The notes under the pieces: generated by a model
The model's database searches: none
What the model was told of the DNA's origin: nothing
What the model saw: only the letters and a program-made list of their open reading frames with translations
Part shown: piece by piece, positions 1-12,350 of the stretch
How positions within the stretch are numbered: position 1 is the stretch's first letter
How the letters are laid out: each line of letters starts with the position of its first letter
From: the human T2T-CHM13v2.0 reference genome, Homo sapiens
NCBI RefSeq assembly: GCF_009914755.1
Contig: NC_060932.1
DNA length: 64,000 bases
Direction: 5' to 3' (one strand)
Program-made: the position numbers and the translations under genes

Positions 1-189
1 AATGGGGCTTTGGTAAGAATCAATACTGTCAGGAGGCAGGGGCAATTTTACAGTTGGATGGCTGAATCTTTTCTTACAAGATGAGAAACAAGGCTGAAGC
101 TGTGATTTATAAAGAAGCAGCAGTTACCTATACTAGCCAGGAGAGGGAGATGTTTGGTCATTTTGTGGTTTGAAAAATGTTTTCTCAAG

Positions 190-1115
190 AATTTTTCATT
201 TTATTGTGGTAAGAACACTTAACATGAGATCTATTTTTTAATGAATTTTAAGTGTACAATACATTATTGTTGACTCTAGGTACAGTGTTATACAGCAGAT
301 CTCTACAGCATATTCACCTTGCTTAACTGAAACTTTATGTCTGTTGATTAATAATTCCGCATTTCCCCATTACCAAGCCCTAGTCACCACCATTTCATTC
401 TTTAATTTTATGAATTTGACTATTTTAGATACCTCATATAAATGCAATCATGCAGTACTTGGCTTTAAATATCCGGCTTATTTCACTTACCATCACATTC
501 TCAAGGTCTTTCATGGTGTCATATTGCAGAATTTTCTTCTTTTTAAAGGCTGAATAGTATTTCATTACACACACGTGTGTTTATGTATGTACTTTTTTTT
601 TCCTTTTTGTTTTTAGAGATGCGGTCTCGCTATTTTGCCCAGGCTGGTCTTGGACTCCTGGGCTTAAGCAGTCCTCCTGCCTCAGCCTCCTGAATAGCTG
701 GAACTATAGGCATGCACCACTGTGCCCGATATGCCACATTTTCTTTATCCATTCATCCACTGATGATTAAACAACACTTAGATTGTTTCCACTTCTTGGC
801 TGTTGTGAATAATGCTGCAAATGAGTATGGGAGGGCAGACATCTCTGCAAGATCCTGATTTCAATTCATTTGAATACCTAGGAGTGGGATGGTTGGATCA
901 TATGGTAGTTCGCATTTTAATTTTTTGAAGAACCTCCGTACTGTTTTCCACAGTGGCTGCACCATTTTGCATTCCTACCCACGGTGTGCAGTTTCCACAT
1001 GCTTGCTAACAGGTGTCCTTTGTTTTTTGATAATAGCAGTCCTGGCAGGTGTCAATGAGATGACACTTAATTGTGGTTTGGATTTGCATTTCCCTAATAC
1101 TTAGAGATGATGAGA
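190..1115 (-). mobile_element. Old LINE-1 3' fragment (L1MA/L1MB type), interrupted by an Alu monomer
   Basis: Antisense L1 3' UTR/ORF2-end motifs (ttttattgtggtaagaacacttaacatgagatcta; gaacctccgtactgttttccacagtggctgcacc; gtggtttggatttgcatttccctaa). ORF 1006..1254 contains [14 protein letters not shown], resembling the L1 ORF2 C-terminus. Confidence 0.8.
592..728 (-). mobile_element. Alu monomer (FLAM-like)
   Basis: Poly-T followed by gagatgcggtctcgctattttgcccaggctggtc...caccactgtgcccg, about 135 bp, single arm. Confidence 0.8.
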
Positions 1116-1693
1116 ATTTCTTTTCCTCCTCTGCTGTCTTTATTTGTGTTTTGTTTTTCTTATACTCTTTGTGTTGATGTCTGCCCGTTAGACAAAGCAG
1201 CCACCTCTGCTGGTCTTCATGGACTGGGCTCATACAGAAGATGACCCCCATCAATCAGACTGGGCAGAGATTCTGGGGGCCTCTACCAAATCTTTACCTT
1301 TCCAGGAAGAGGCAAGCAGCTATGAATTTTGTTCAGCTACTCTGTGGGGAGTGGGATGGGGAGCTATGGTCGTTGCCAGCCCGGGCTGCTGTTTCCACTC
1401 CCCTCCAGGATGGTAAGCTGTGGTAGACCTATCTGAGTCACTTCAAGTATAGCAGGACAGTGGTCGATATTCTGGGGAGCCCTCTTGGGAAACTTGGGGT
1501 GCTGGATATGGGAAACAACCCCTTCCCCACTTGGGAGAAACCAGGAGCTAAGAGGTCTCTTTCTGATTATATGGCACTGCACTAGGGACAGGGACCCCAG
1601 TGAGTGGGTGTCTCAAATTTCCCTACCAGCTTTGGTGAGTCAGGTTTCATGGATTGCAGGAGCTTGGAGCTTGTCACTTACTTTCTGAATTTC

Positions 1694-1695
<2 letters not shown>

Positions 1696-1731
<36 letters not shown>

Positions 1732-2023
1732 TTTTGAGATGGAGTCTCGCTCTGTCACCCAGGCTGGAGTGCAGTGGTGTGATCTCGGGTCACTGAAAGC
1801 TCCACCTCCCAGGTTCACGCCATTCTCCTGCCTCAGCCTCCTGAGTAGCTGGGACTATAGCTGCTCACCACAACACCTGGTTAATTTTTTTTGTATTTTT
1901 GGTAGACACAGGGTTTCACTGTGTTAGCCAGGATGGTCTTGATCTCCTGACCTCGTGATCCACCCGCTTCTGCCTCCCAAAGTGAGTGCCTGGGATTACA
2001 GGCGTGAGCCACCACACCCGACC
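1696..2023 (-). mobile_element. Alu (AluY/Sc-like) with 12-bp TSD
   Basis: Dimeric Alu with ttcacgccattctcctgcc; TSD tctgaatttctt at 1684-1695 and 2024-2035. Confidence 0.93.
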
Positions 2024-2046
2024 TCTGAATTTCTTACAAAGGGAAA

Positions 2047-2100
2047 TTGTCTTGATCAATCATGGTTGTCTTGATCAATCATGGTTGTCTTAATCAGTCA
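2047..2100. repeat. 19-bp tandem repeat, about 2.8 copies
   Basis: ttgtcttgatcaatcatgg twice exactly, then ttgtcttaatcagtca. Confidence 0.9.
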
Positions 2101-2513
2101 AGACCACAGAATGACCTTGTCTGATTTTTGTGTTCTGTGAAACAGTTTGTGTTCAACACTATAGAACACCCAGGCTTAGCTGTGAAAGCCAGTCTAGCAC
2201 CAGGATGTCAGCGGCATGTTGATCTTTTCAAGAACTTTGGCATCTATTCTGAGGAACCAGGAAGCCACGTCAGTATTTGAACAGAAGAATACCATTTTCG
2301 CCTTGTGTTTAAGCAGGACCACCTGAGATGCTAGGTGGAGAATTTATTTTACAATATGGTACTTTTATATATTTAGGAAGACTTAAAGTTATGTACTAAT
2401 CTTTCATAAAGTGGCTTCAAATACTCCTTTCTGGTGATCAGATTTTGTCAAGGCGTCTTGCATTATATCTTACTGAAAATGGCAGAATACGACCTGAAAA
2501 ATAACAACCTTGA

Positions 2514-2572
2514 TTTTTTTTTTTTGAGGCAGTGTCTTGCTTTGTTATCCAGGCCGGAGTGCAGTGGCACAC
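2514..2572 (-). mobile_element. Alu 3'-end fragment (about 60 bp)
   Basis: T-tract followed by gaggcagtgtcttgctttgttatccaggccggagtgcagtggc. Confidence 0.75.
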
Positions 2573-4124
2573 TCCACTATAATACCTCATAATTAAACCA
2601 TTAATTAGTTTATTTAATAAACTAATATAAAATTAGTTGTTATTTATCTTTTATCAAAAATTCAACCAAAGTTTTGAATATTAAAAAAAATCTGTAAAAA
2701 TTTTACTTGGGTCTCTCTGACATCTTCACTGCACTTAATTACATTAGTTTAAACAGTAAAAAAAGAAGGAAAATACTAGGCACATTATATTATACTGTAG
2801 AAGTAAAGGAGAACTTTGTATTTTGCTTAGTCATCCTTTTATTTTCATAAAAGTTGAAGCTTATCGGTCAGCACATGCAGTGATACACACTCAAGCAAAC
2901 ACATAGAAAAACATCTCAGAGGTTGTGTCAAAGCGTAATAAAGCTTGTCCTCCTTTCTGGAATTAAATGAGCATTTAGAGAAATGTGGTTTGTGCCAGGC
3001 TGCCTGATCACAGAACGTCTCTGAGCCTGTCATGCCAAGCTTGAACAAACCAATGTGAAGATCCTCTTCAGATAACTTCTTTCTTTAAAATTTCATATCA
3101 TTCTGCACCGACAAATATTCCTTTTTACTATCAATCATTTAAATATCTAATTATTAAATATTTAAAATGTTCAAAAAACACAGTGAAAAATGTAACAAGA
3201 ACCTACCACCTGGATTTCACAGATGTCAGCATACTTCCATGAGAAAAAAATAGCCTTAGATATTTTCGTAGACATTAACAGACTTAATGTTGTGATTTTG
3301 TTGACAGGCAGTGGGAAGGGAATGATTCTATTTGATGTCAAATGGATGCGATATATCCATCTAATTTAAACACTGTTGATGCTATTTAAATATTTCTATG
3401 ATATTTTCACCACATCTTTGTGATTTTAGGTTGTCTATTTTCCCTCTGCTATTGACACATTCCTTGTGAAATGCTACTTAGGATTTAGGATGTCTAGACT
3501 ATGAACAATTTTATAAAGTGTGTTTTACAAAGTGAAAAAAATGTCTTTGAAAATAGTTCTGAAAGCGAGGATGCCTAAATAAATATTTTTCAAATCATGT
3601 TTTTTATATTTGCCACCCTTTCCTTTTATTCTTGGCATCTACTTTCTTTTGTTCTTAATCTTCTTTTTCTACCCTCAAACAGTCCTGGAAGATCTCAGTT
3701 GAAAACAATTCCATCTTCCCTTCGTATTCTCTTTCTTAGTTATGTCTACCCTAAGAGTTTGGGTAAGATATTAGGTTGTAATATATTTTCTCTGAATTAG
3801 ATATGGTTCTAAAAGAAAAAACATATGTACCTAGATACCTACATATCATTCTGTAATGTATATATTTTCTAAAAACTATGAGATATAATTACATCTGTAA
3901 GATTATATCTCATAGTTTTTAGAAAATTAGAATTTAAAAAGCCAAAGTTGTAAAACTGGAATTAAAAAAACCAGAGTTGTAAAATTAGGTGCATTATTTT
4001 TGATAACCACTGTTTTGATTATAATTGTGTTACTAATACATAGAATTTAGTACTTGATTATTTTTCACTGTCAATATTGAGAATGTATTCATGTATATTC
4101 CAAATTAAAAGAAAACTAATTCTA

Positions 4125-4199
4125 ATATATATATATATATCTATGTATTTCCCTCTCTCTCTCTCTCTGTCTCTCTCTCTCTCTCTCCTCTCTTTCTCT
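4125..4199. repeat. (TA)n and (TC)n microsatellites
   Basis: Direct reading. Confidence 0.9.
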
Positions 4200-4429
4200 G
4201 GCCCCTAGGCTTATAATCTATATCTTTTACATTGAGAAAATGAAAGTTTCAGTTTATAATTCCTGCCAAATGACCACATTCAGCCACAGTCAGTATTTTG
4301 AGAGTACAAGAATAAATCGAGCAAGCAACATTGGAATATGCACTTGCTCCTTGCTTAGGCAATATTCCTGACTGGCCAAGAATGGATGGCTTTAGCACCC
4401 ACTCACCTTCCTCAGGCCCCTTTTGATCA

Positions 4430-5290
4430 AACGTACGCCACCTAATCAGCATCTCCAATCTGTTCTTGACTTTCCATCTCAATAAGACTTTGTACTATTC
4501 TCACTCTGCTCCTCTTCACTCTGGCATCTCCCCTTTCTACCCATTTTCCACATAGCCAGTGATACTTTATATCTTATACAGCACTAATCTGACCATGTTC
4601 TGCTTAAAAACCAAGCTAGCATGCAAGGAATACAAAACTAATTTGGATGTCTTTCATGACCTTCATGAACCTGCTCTGGCCTGTCTTTTCAGCATCATCC
4701 TCAGGTACTCATTACAGCATATAGCCTACCACGTAGCAATTAGTCCTTCCATGAAAACTGTGTGTTTTATGTCTCTGTGCTCTTTTTGGCAAATTGTTTT
4801 TTCTAGATGCAATGTCTTTTCTTCCCCTCTTTGCTTGGCACAACATGGCATAATCTTCAAGGCCTAAGTCAATTGTCACTGTCTCTCCAGGAAGAAAGAA
4901 TCATGCACTCTTCTGCGGCCCCATTGCTGTGTGTCCACTCTTAGAGCATTGTTCAAAGTATATGCAATTGGTACAAATCTAACTCCTTTGAGAAAGCCAA
5001 GTCTTTTATTAAAATAACACAAGCTTTGGAGCACAGAATTTAAATTCCAGCACTGCCACCTGCAGTTCTGAAGACTTTAGATACAACCTTTTCTATGCAA
5101 AGAGAATAATGTCTATCTTGGGGTGCTATTATGTATGAAGCAATCAATAGATGTATTGTTTGTTATCCGTACATGCTGTCCAGATTATGATATCTTTATG
5201 GTTCTATTCTTCCTTCTATTTTTGTATCCAGTACCTAGCATAGAGTCTAGCATGAGGTAAACTCTCAAATATTTATTGAATGAATGATAG
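4430..5290 (+). mobile_element. Degenerate L2 (and MIR) relics
   Basis: L2-like ctaatctgaccatg...cttaaaa, and an L2 3'-end signature tagcatagagtctagcatgaggtaaactctcaaatatttattgaatgaatga at about 5236-5287. Confidence 0.5.
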
Positions 5291-6927
5291 CATATGTAAG
5301 CAGAGATTAACTATAGGCATTGGCAGAGAATGCAACTGAAATATATATGATATACTCTATTAATATCAACTCTAGCTGGACTTGAGGTATAGTTAACATG
5401 GAGAGAAAATTGTATCTTGTCATCTTATAATAAAGTATTTTCAATTTGACTTCTGATTAGGTAGGCAAACCAGAAACCCAAATTCTACTTCCTTGATTTA
5501 CTTGTAGAAAATTATTTTCAGAATGAAACAACTGGCTTCTATCCTTTAAACTCAGAATTTATAACTCACAGGTCCTCAATCATTTGAAATTTGGTTAAAT
5601 ACAAAATCAAACCTAATTCAGGCCATTAATTACAGAGCTCCTAATGTTCTATTCAGCTTTGATAGCTATATTCTCTAGAAGAAAACAGCAACAATTGTAA
5701 AACAGTTATTTCTGTTGGCTAGGAAATTTCAAGTTCTTTGGGATTTTACCCAACTCTACATTTATTCACATATTTTTCCCTCTTGTTAGGAGTAAGGTGC
5801 ATGGGGAAATTGCACAAATTAGCTTCAGCTACTTTGCATTCAGCATCACTAAGAGTAAGCCACGGCTGTGAAGCAGGAAGAGTGGACAGATGTCATTTTG
5901 CCAGCCCCGTGTTTGTTCCTCCTTCTGGTCATAGCACCCTCATTTTGCATTAGGGATTTAACCCCCTGCACTGCCTCAGTCTTGCCAGCACTGTAAACCA
6001 AGGCGTACTTTCCTGTCCCTTGCCACCAATGGTGACCTATCTAGGCCAACCAGATGCTCTCTACCCATCTTGGACACCACACTCAGATGTCAAGGTGTCT
6101 ACTCATTCCTGCTTCCCAGGTCTCCAGAGCTGCCCTTCGTTCCAGTCTGCCCAAAGGCCAGTTCTGCAGCTTCCCTTCAATTCTGGGAACCACTTGAGGT
6201 CCTTACAATAAATCCCTTTTCACTTACAAAGGGTGGGTTCCTGTTACTTATAACCAGGGAATCCTAACTAATACATACAGGAAAATTTATTTTACAGGGA
6301 AAGATATTTTAATCCCAGCATTATGTTATGCAATGTCAAGTAGTTATACCCAATCAATCTACTGTAGAATGATCAATGTCTGACAACAGATGGCTCCAGT
6401 GACTGGGAGCGGGCTGCCAGCCCTCCAGAGCTCGGCTTTCTCATCTGTAAAATGATGATCATAAAACTACTAGATACTCTTTTTTTACTAGGCTTGCTGT
6501 GACAGGAAATTTTTTAAAAAAGGAATGAAAGTGTTTTTCGAATCACAAAGCACTCTGTAACGTAAGGTATTTAGCTTACATTTATTCTTTTAACAAACAT
6601 TTCCTATAACACGAACTGTTCCTACAAAAAAATTACCATGAGGATATTTTTGTGTTCATAGTGAGTATTTCAAAGAAGTAGTCAACTCTATCCAAAAGTG
6701 TGAAATCCACATATCTGAACGCTGACAATGCCCAGCAGGTGTGATGGCTCCTTGTTTTGCTTTGGTTTGCAACAATCTCCAGATGGCCATTGCTTTGTTT
6801 TGTGTTTAATGAGTATGCATAGTAAAGAGTGTATACTTAGATATTTTGAGAGAGTTTTGAGGGAGAATATCATGGTATCTAATCAACAATTTCAGTTGGC
6901 CTTTTTCTATGTCAAAATGTAACATCA

Positions 6928-7286
<359 letters not shown>

Positions 7287-7679
7287 TTAATGTCAACAGG
7301 AGCATTGGGGTCCAAGGCCAGGCTCCTCATTTATTACCTTTGTGTCTTTAGGAGATTGGTTTTCTATTCTACACCCTTTCCTTATCTGCCAAATAAATCT
7401 AATCTGTCCTAAGTTGTAAGAATTCAATTAGATCATGAATTCTTTCTGAAGTGCAAAACACTAACAAAATGTAAGTCAATGTTTATCCATCAGGAGTTAT
7501 TATTTGCCTCCAATCAAATAGTTACTTATACTACTCACATTTCAACCATCTTATGATTACTTTTGGCCAAACAGGCATTCTTGCCTTTTTTTTTTCCACT
7601 AGGGCATTCTATGATTGATATTAAGAAAGTACAATGTGTGAATCAATGTCATTTAGACGAGGCTGCTCTGTGTGAACAG

Positions 7680-7910
7680 GGACAAGCAGCACTGCTATCC
7701 TCTTGGAGCTTGTTAGAGGCCTGCATTCCTGGTTCCACTCCAGACAGGCTGAGGCAGAGCCCTACAGCGGAGCCCAGGAATCCATGTTTGAGTATTTGAG
7801 TAGGTGTCTGAGCAGGTGCTTGAGCAAGTGGTTGAATAGATGTTTGAGCAGGTGTTTGAGCAGGGCCTTCAGGGAATTCTGATGTCCACTTAGGTAGAGA
7901 AGCACTGGCT
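7680..7910. mobile_element. MER5-like hAT DNA transposon relic containing a 12-bp tandem array
   Basis: ggagcttgttagag...gagcccaggaatccatgttt...ttctgatg...gagaagcactg resembles MER5A. Confidence 0.55.
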
Positions 7911-8615
7911 CAGGCCTTTCCATTCCAGCTACTCATTTCTACACCAAATGTAATTTTTCATTTTAGTCATAATAACTATAACATTAATGATAGTACAGTC
8001 ATAGTGATAGTATAATAATAATTATAATAACCATTTTGTCCCCTCCTTCCTTTAGGTTAATATTCATCTGTAGCCTGAGTGACCCCAAAAAGATGACACT
8101 CTTCTGTCCACCAAAACCTTCCAGAGGCTTCCTGTGCTCACTTGAAGTAAAATCCAAAGTGCTGACTGTGGTTACCAGCTCCCCGGGCTGGCCTGCTGCG
8201 GGACGGCTTCTCCACCAGCCTCCCGTTCAAGGCCTCCATTTCTGCCACTGCGGCGTCTGCATGGTTCCTGAGCATCCCAAGCACATTCCCACCTCAAGGC
8301 CTTGGTGCTTGCAGTTCATCTGCTTCTCTCCTGGTCTATGCCTGGCTGGTTCTTATTTCTTTTGAATTCGGACGAGGTGCACCTCATGAGAGAGGCCTTC
8401 CTTGACCTCCCTCCTCCATTCCTCTCACAGGCCCCATCTGACATGCTTGCCCTCCCCCTCCCCTACCCCCATCCCCTTGTGAGCCCCATGAGAGAAGGGC
8501 CTCTGTCCTTAGGTAGATGTGATTCCCCAGAACCCAGGACAGGACAGCCACACAGGAGGAAACTGACACACTTTTCTTAAATGATGGAATAAAGTACTGA
8601 CTGTGTTTCAAGCAC

Positions 8616-8971
8616 TGATGTGGTTTGGCTCTGTGTCTCCACCCAAATCTCATCTCCAGTTGTAATCCCCATGTATCCAGGAAGGACCTGGTGGGAAGTG
8701 ACTGGATCACAGGGGCAGTCTCCCCCATGCTGTTCTCATGATAGTGAGGGATTTCTCACAATATCTAATGATTTAAAAATGTCAGTTTCCCCTGTTCTCT
8801 CTCTCTCCTGCTGCCATATAAGATATGTCTTGCTTCCCCTTTGCCTTTCACCATGATTGTAAGTTTCCTGAGGCCTTCCCAGCTATGTGGAACTCTGAGT
8901 CAACTAAGCCTCTTTTCTTTTTAAATTACCCAGTCTCAGGTATTCTTTATAAGTTAAAATGGACTAATGCA
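8616..8971 (+). mobile_element. MaLR 5' LTR (THE1D/MSTA-intermediate type, 356 bp)
   Basis: Starts tgatgtggtttggctctgtgtc, ends ggactaatgca; contains ccatgattgtaagtttcctgaggcc and aaattacccagtctcagg. Confidence 0.9.
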
Positions 8972-10551
8972 GATAATTGGTACCAAGGTAGTAGGGCATT
9001 GCTATAAGATACCTGAGAATGTGGAAGCCACTTTGGAACTGGGTAACTGACAGAGGCTGGAACAGTTTGGAGGGCTCAGAAGAAGACAGGAAGATGTGGG
9101 AAAGTTTGGAACTTCCTAGAACTTATTGAATGGTTTTGACCAAAATGCTCATAGTGACATGGACAATGAAGTCCATACTGAGGTGGTCTCAGATGGAGAT
9201 GAGAAACTTATTGGAAACTGGAGCAAAGGCACTTTTGCTATGCTTTAGCAAAAAGACTGGTGGCATTTTGCCCTTCCCTAGAGATCTATGGAACTTTGAA
9301 CTTGAGAGAGATGATTTAGGGTATGTGGTGGAAGAAATTTCTAAGCGGCAAAGCATTCAAGAAGTGACCTGGATTTTCCTGAAAGTGTACAGTTAAATGT
9401 GTTCACAAAGAGATGGTTTGAAATTGGAACTTATGTTTAAAAGGGAAACAAAGTATAAAAGTTTGGAAAATTTGCAGCTTGACCATATGGTAGAAAAGAA
9501 AAACTCATTTTCTGGGGAGAAATTCAAGCCAGCTGCTGAAATTTGCATAAGTAATGAGGAGCCGAATCTTATTAGCCAAGACAATGGAGAAAATTCTCTA
9601 GGGCATGTCAGAGATCTTAGCAGCAGCCCCTCTCATCACAGGCCCAGAGACCTAGGAAGAAAAAATGGTTTCGTGGGCCAGGCCTAAGGCCCAACTTCTC
9701 TGTGCATCCTTGGTACTTGGTGCCCTGTGTTCTAGCCACTCAGCTCCAGTACTGGCTAAAAGAGGCCAAGGTACAGCTTGGGCCATTGCTTCAGAGGGTG
9801 CAAGCCCCAAGCCATGGCAGCTTCCACATGGTGTTGGGCCTGTGGGTGCACAGAAGACAAAAATTGAGGTTTGGGAGCCTCCACCTAGATTTCAGAGAAT
9901 GTATGGAAAAGCCTGGATGTCCAGGCAGAAGTCTGCTGCAGAGGCAGACCTCTCATGGAGAACCTCGGCTAGAGCAGTGTAGAAGGGAAATGTGGGGTTG
10001 GAGCCCCCACACATAATCCCCACTGGGGCACTGCCTAGTGGAGCTGTGAGAAGAGGGACACTGTCCTCCAGACCCCACAATGGTAGATCCACTGACAGCT
10101 TGCACCATGTCCTTGGAGAAGCTGCAGGCACTCAACACCAGCACGTGACAGCAGCTGTGGGGGCAGAGCTGCCCAAGGCCTTGGGAGCTCATCTCTGGAT
10201 GTGATATATGAAGTCAAAGGAGATTTTGGAGTCTTAAGATTTAATGACTGCTTGGTCATGTTTCAGACTTGCATGGGACCTGTGGCCCCTTTGTTTTGAG
10301 CATTTCTCCCCATTTGGAATGGGAGCATTTACCCAATGTTTGTACCTCCATTGTATCTTGTGTGTAACTAACTTGCTTTTGATTGTGTAGGCTCATAGGT
10401 GGAAGGGACTAGCCTTGTCTGAGATGAGATTTGGACTTTGTGCATTTGAGTTAATGCTGGAATGAATTCAGACTTTGGGGATTATTAGGAAGACATGATT
10501 GTATTTGGCAATGTGAGAAGGACATGAGATTTGGGAGGGGTCAGGGTGGAA
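8972..10551 (+). mobile_element. MaLR internal region (THE1/MST-int) with decayed ORF
   Basis: Begins gataattggtacc...gaatgtggaagccactttggaactggg; ends in a purine-rich tract before the 3' LTR. ORF fragments at 9130-10204 (DLWNFELERDDLGY; FSGEKFKPAAEICISNEE) are typical of MaLR. Confidence 0.9.
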
Positions 10552-10969
10552 TGATATGATTTGGATCTGTGTCTCCACACAAATCTCATGTCAAATTGCA
10601 ATCCCCAGTGTTGAAGGTGGGACCTGGTAGGAGGTGACTGGATCATGGGGGTGGATTTCTTATGAATGGTTTAGTACCATCCACTTGGTACTGTTCTCGA
10701 AATAGTGAGTATGTTCTCCTGAGATCTGGTTGTTTAAAGTGTGTGGCATCTCCCCTTCCCCATTCTCTTGCTTACTACTGCTCTTGCCATGTAAGATGTT
10801 TCCCCTTTACCTTCTACCATCATTGGAAGTTTACTGAGGCTTTCCAAGGAGCAGAAGCCTCTATGCTTCCTGTATGGCCTGAAGAACTGTGAACCAGTTA
10901 AACTTCCTTTCTTATAAATTACTCAGTCTCAGGTATTTCTTTATAGCAATTCAAGAATGAACAAATACA
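10552..10969 (+). mobile_element. MaLR 3' LTR (MSTA type, 418 bp)
   Basis: tgatatgatttggatctgtgtc...gaatggtttagtaccatcc...gcagaagcc...acaaataca. Confidence 0.9.
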
Positions 10970-11188
10970 GATATAAATGCAAACGTTTTATTTACTAAGA
11001 CTGCCAGCTTTTGGCTCTCCTTTCTGACAGCTCAACAGAGTCCTTATATGTCCAAAATATTGAGTACTACACTTTGACTAAGCACAGCTTCCTATCTGGA
11101 TGTTTTTCCTCCACTATCTTGAAGAATAGTTCAATGCAAAATATTCTATGAAACGAAAAAGAAAAGTAATAATTTAACCATGAGAAAA

Positions 11189-11509
11189 GTTTTTTGTTTT
11201 CTTTTTTCTTTCTTTCTTTCTTTTTTTTTGTGATAGGGTCTTATTCTGTCACACAGGCTGGAGTGCAGTGGCACAATTTTGGTATAGCCTCAAACTCTTC
11301 CAGGCTCAAGCAATCCTCCCACTTGAGCCTCCTGAGTAGTTGGGACTACAAGCATGTGTCACTATGCCTGGCTAATTTTTGCATTTATTTGTAGTGATGG
11401 GGTCTCCCCATGTTGCCCAGGCTGGTCTTTAACTCCTTGTTTCAAGTGATCCATCTGCCTCAGCCCCCCGAAGGGCTAGGATTATAGGCATGAGCCATTG
11501 TGCCTGGCC
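11189..11509 (-). mobile_element. Alu (AluJ-type)
   Basis: Diverged dimer with ggctcaagcaatcctcccac. Confidence 0.88.
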
Positions 11510-12084
11510 TAGTGTCTCATTCTTAATTATGAAATAATAGACAACAATCAGTAGCCATTTGAGGAAAGCCAATGAAGAAAGAAACTAAGAAAGAAAGAAA
11601 AAAAGAAAAAGAAAAAGGAGGTAAGGAGAGGAAGGAAGAAAAGGAGAAAGAATGAATGAACCAAAATAGGAAAAAAAAAAAGGAACTCAATGGGGAAAAA
11701 TGATAAATATGTTAGAATAAAACAATAAAAATTACATTTAAGACCCTGGAAAAATAAGAGATGACATTTTATTCAAGAAAACATATCAGAAAGGTAAGAA
11801 AAGGGCAGTAAAAGGGAAGAACAAAGAACTCTGAAAAATATATAAGAACTGAAAGAAAAACTCAGTTGAAGATTCAGAAGATAGAGTGGAGAAAGCCTTC
11901 CAGAAGCAATTAAAAAGGTATAAAGAGAAAAACAGGAGAGGAAAGATAATAATTTTTTTAAAAGTCTGTGAGTTTTAAAGTCTCTTTAAGAATTTCATTA
12001 AAAGAAGAGAAAAAAATGGAAAAGAAGAAAATATTTCTTAAAATGCAGGGTTTTTTTGTTTGTTTTTTTAAATTTGAAGGACAT

Positions 12085-12240
12085 GGAGAGACACGGTAGC
12101 TCACAGCTGTAATCCCAGCCCTTTGGGAGGCTGAGATGGGAGGATCCCTTGAGTCCAGGAGTTTGTCTGGGCAACAAAGTGAGACTCCCATCTCTATATG
12201 AAAAAATAAATTTAAAAAATTTTTTTAAGAATAACAAAAA
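12085..12240 (+). mobile_element. Alu left monomer (FLAM-like) in A-rich, possibly ancient L1-derived sequence
   Basis: gctcacagctgtaatcccagccctttgggaggctgagatgggaggatcccttgag; flanked on both sides by tgaaggaca. Confidence 0.75.
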
Positions 12241-12350
12241 ATCTGAAGGACACTAGTTTCTGGGAAATTTAAGAAGAATTAATGATAGGGACATAGAAAA
12301 TCAAGCTAATATAAATGATTTAATGAATAAAACTGTACAGAAAAGAAAAT

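Noticed and set aside
1130-2240. Possible old ERV/LTR sequence (also 1-180 and 18320-18660)
   Set aside because: The composition is suggestive, but I could not assign a family or termini.
7801-7864. CRISPR-like or other prokaryotic array
   Set aside because: There are no unique spacers and the context is clearly primate genomic DNA.
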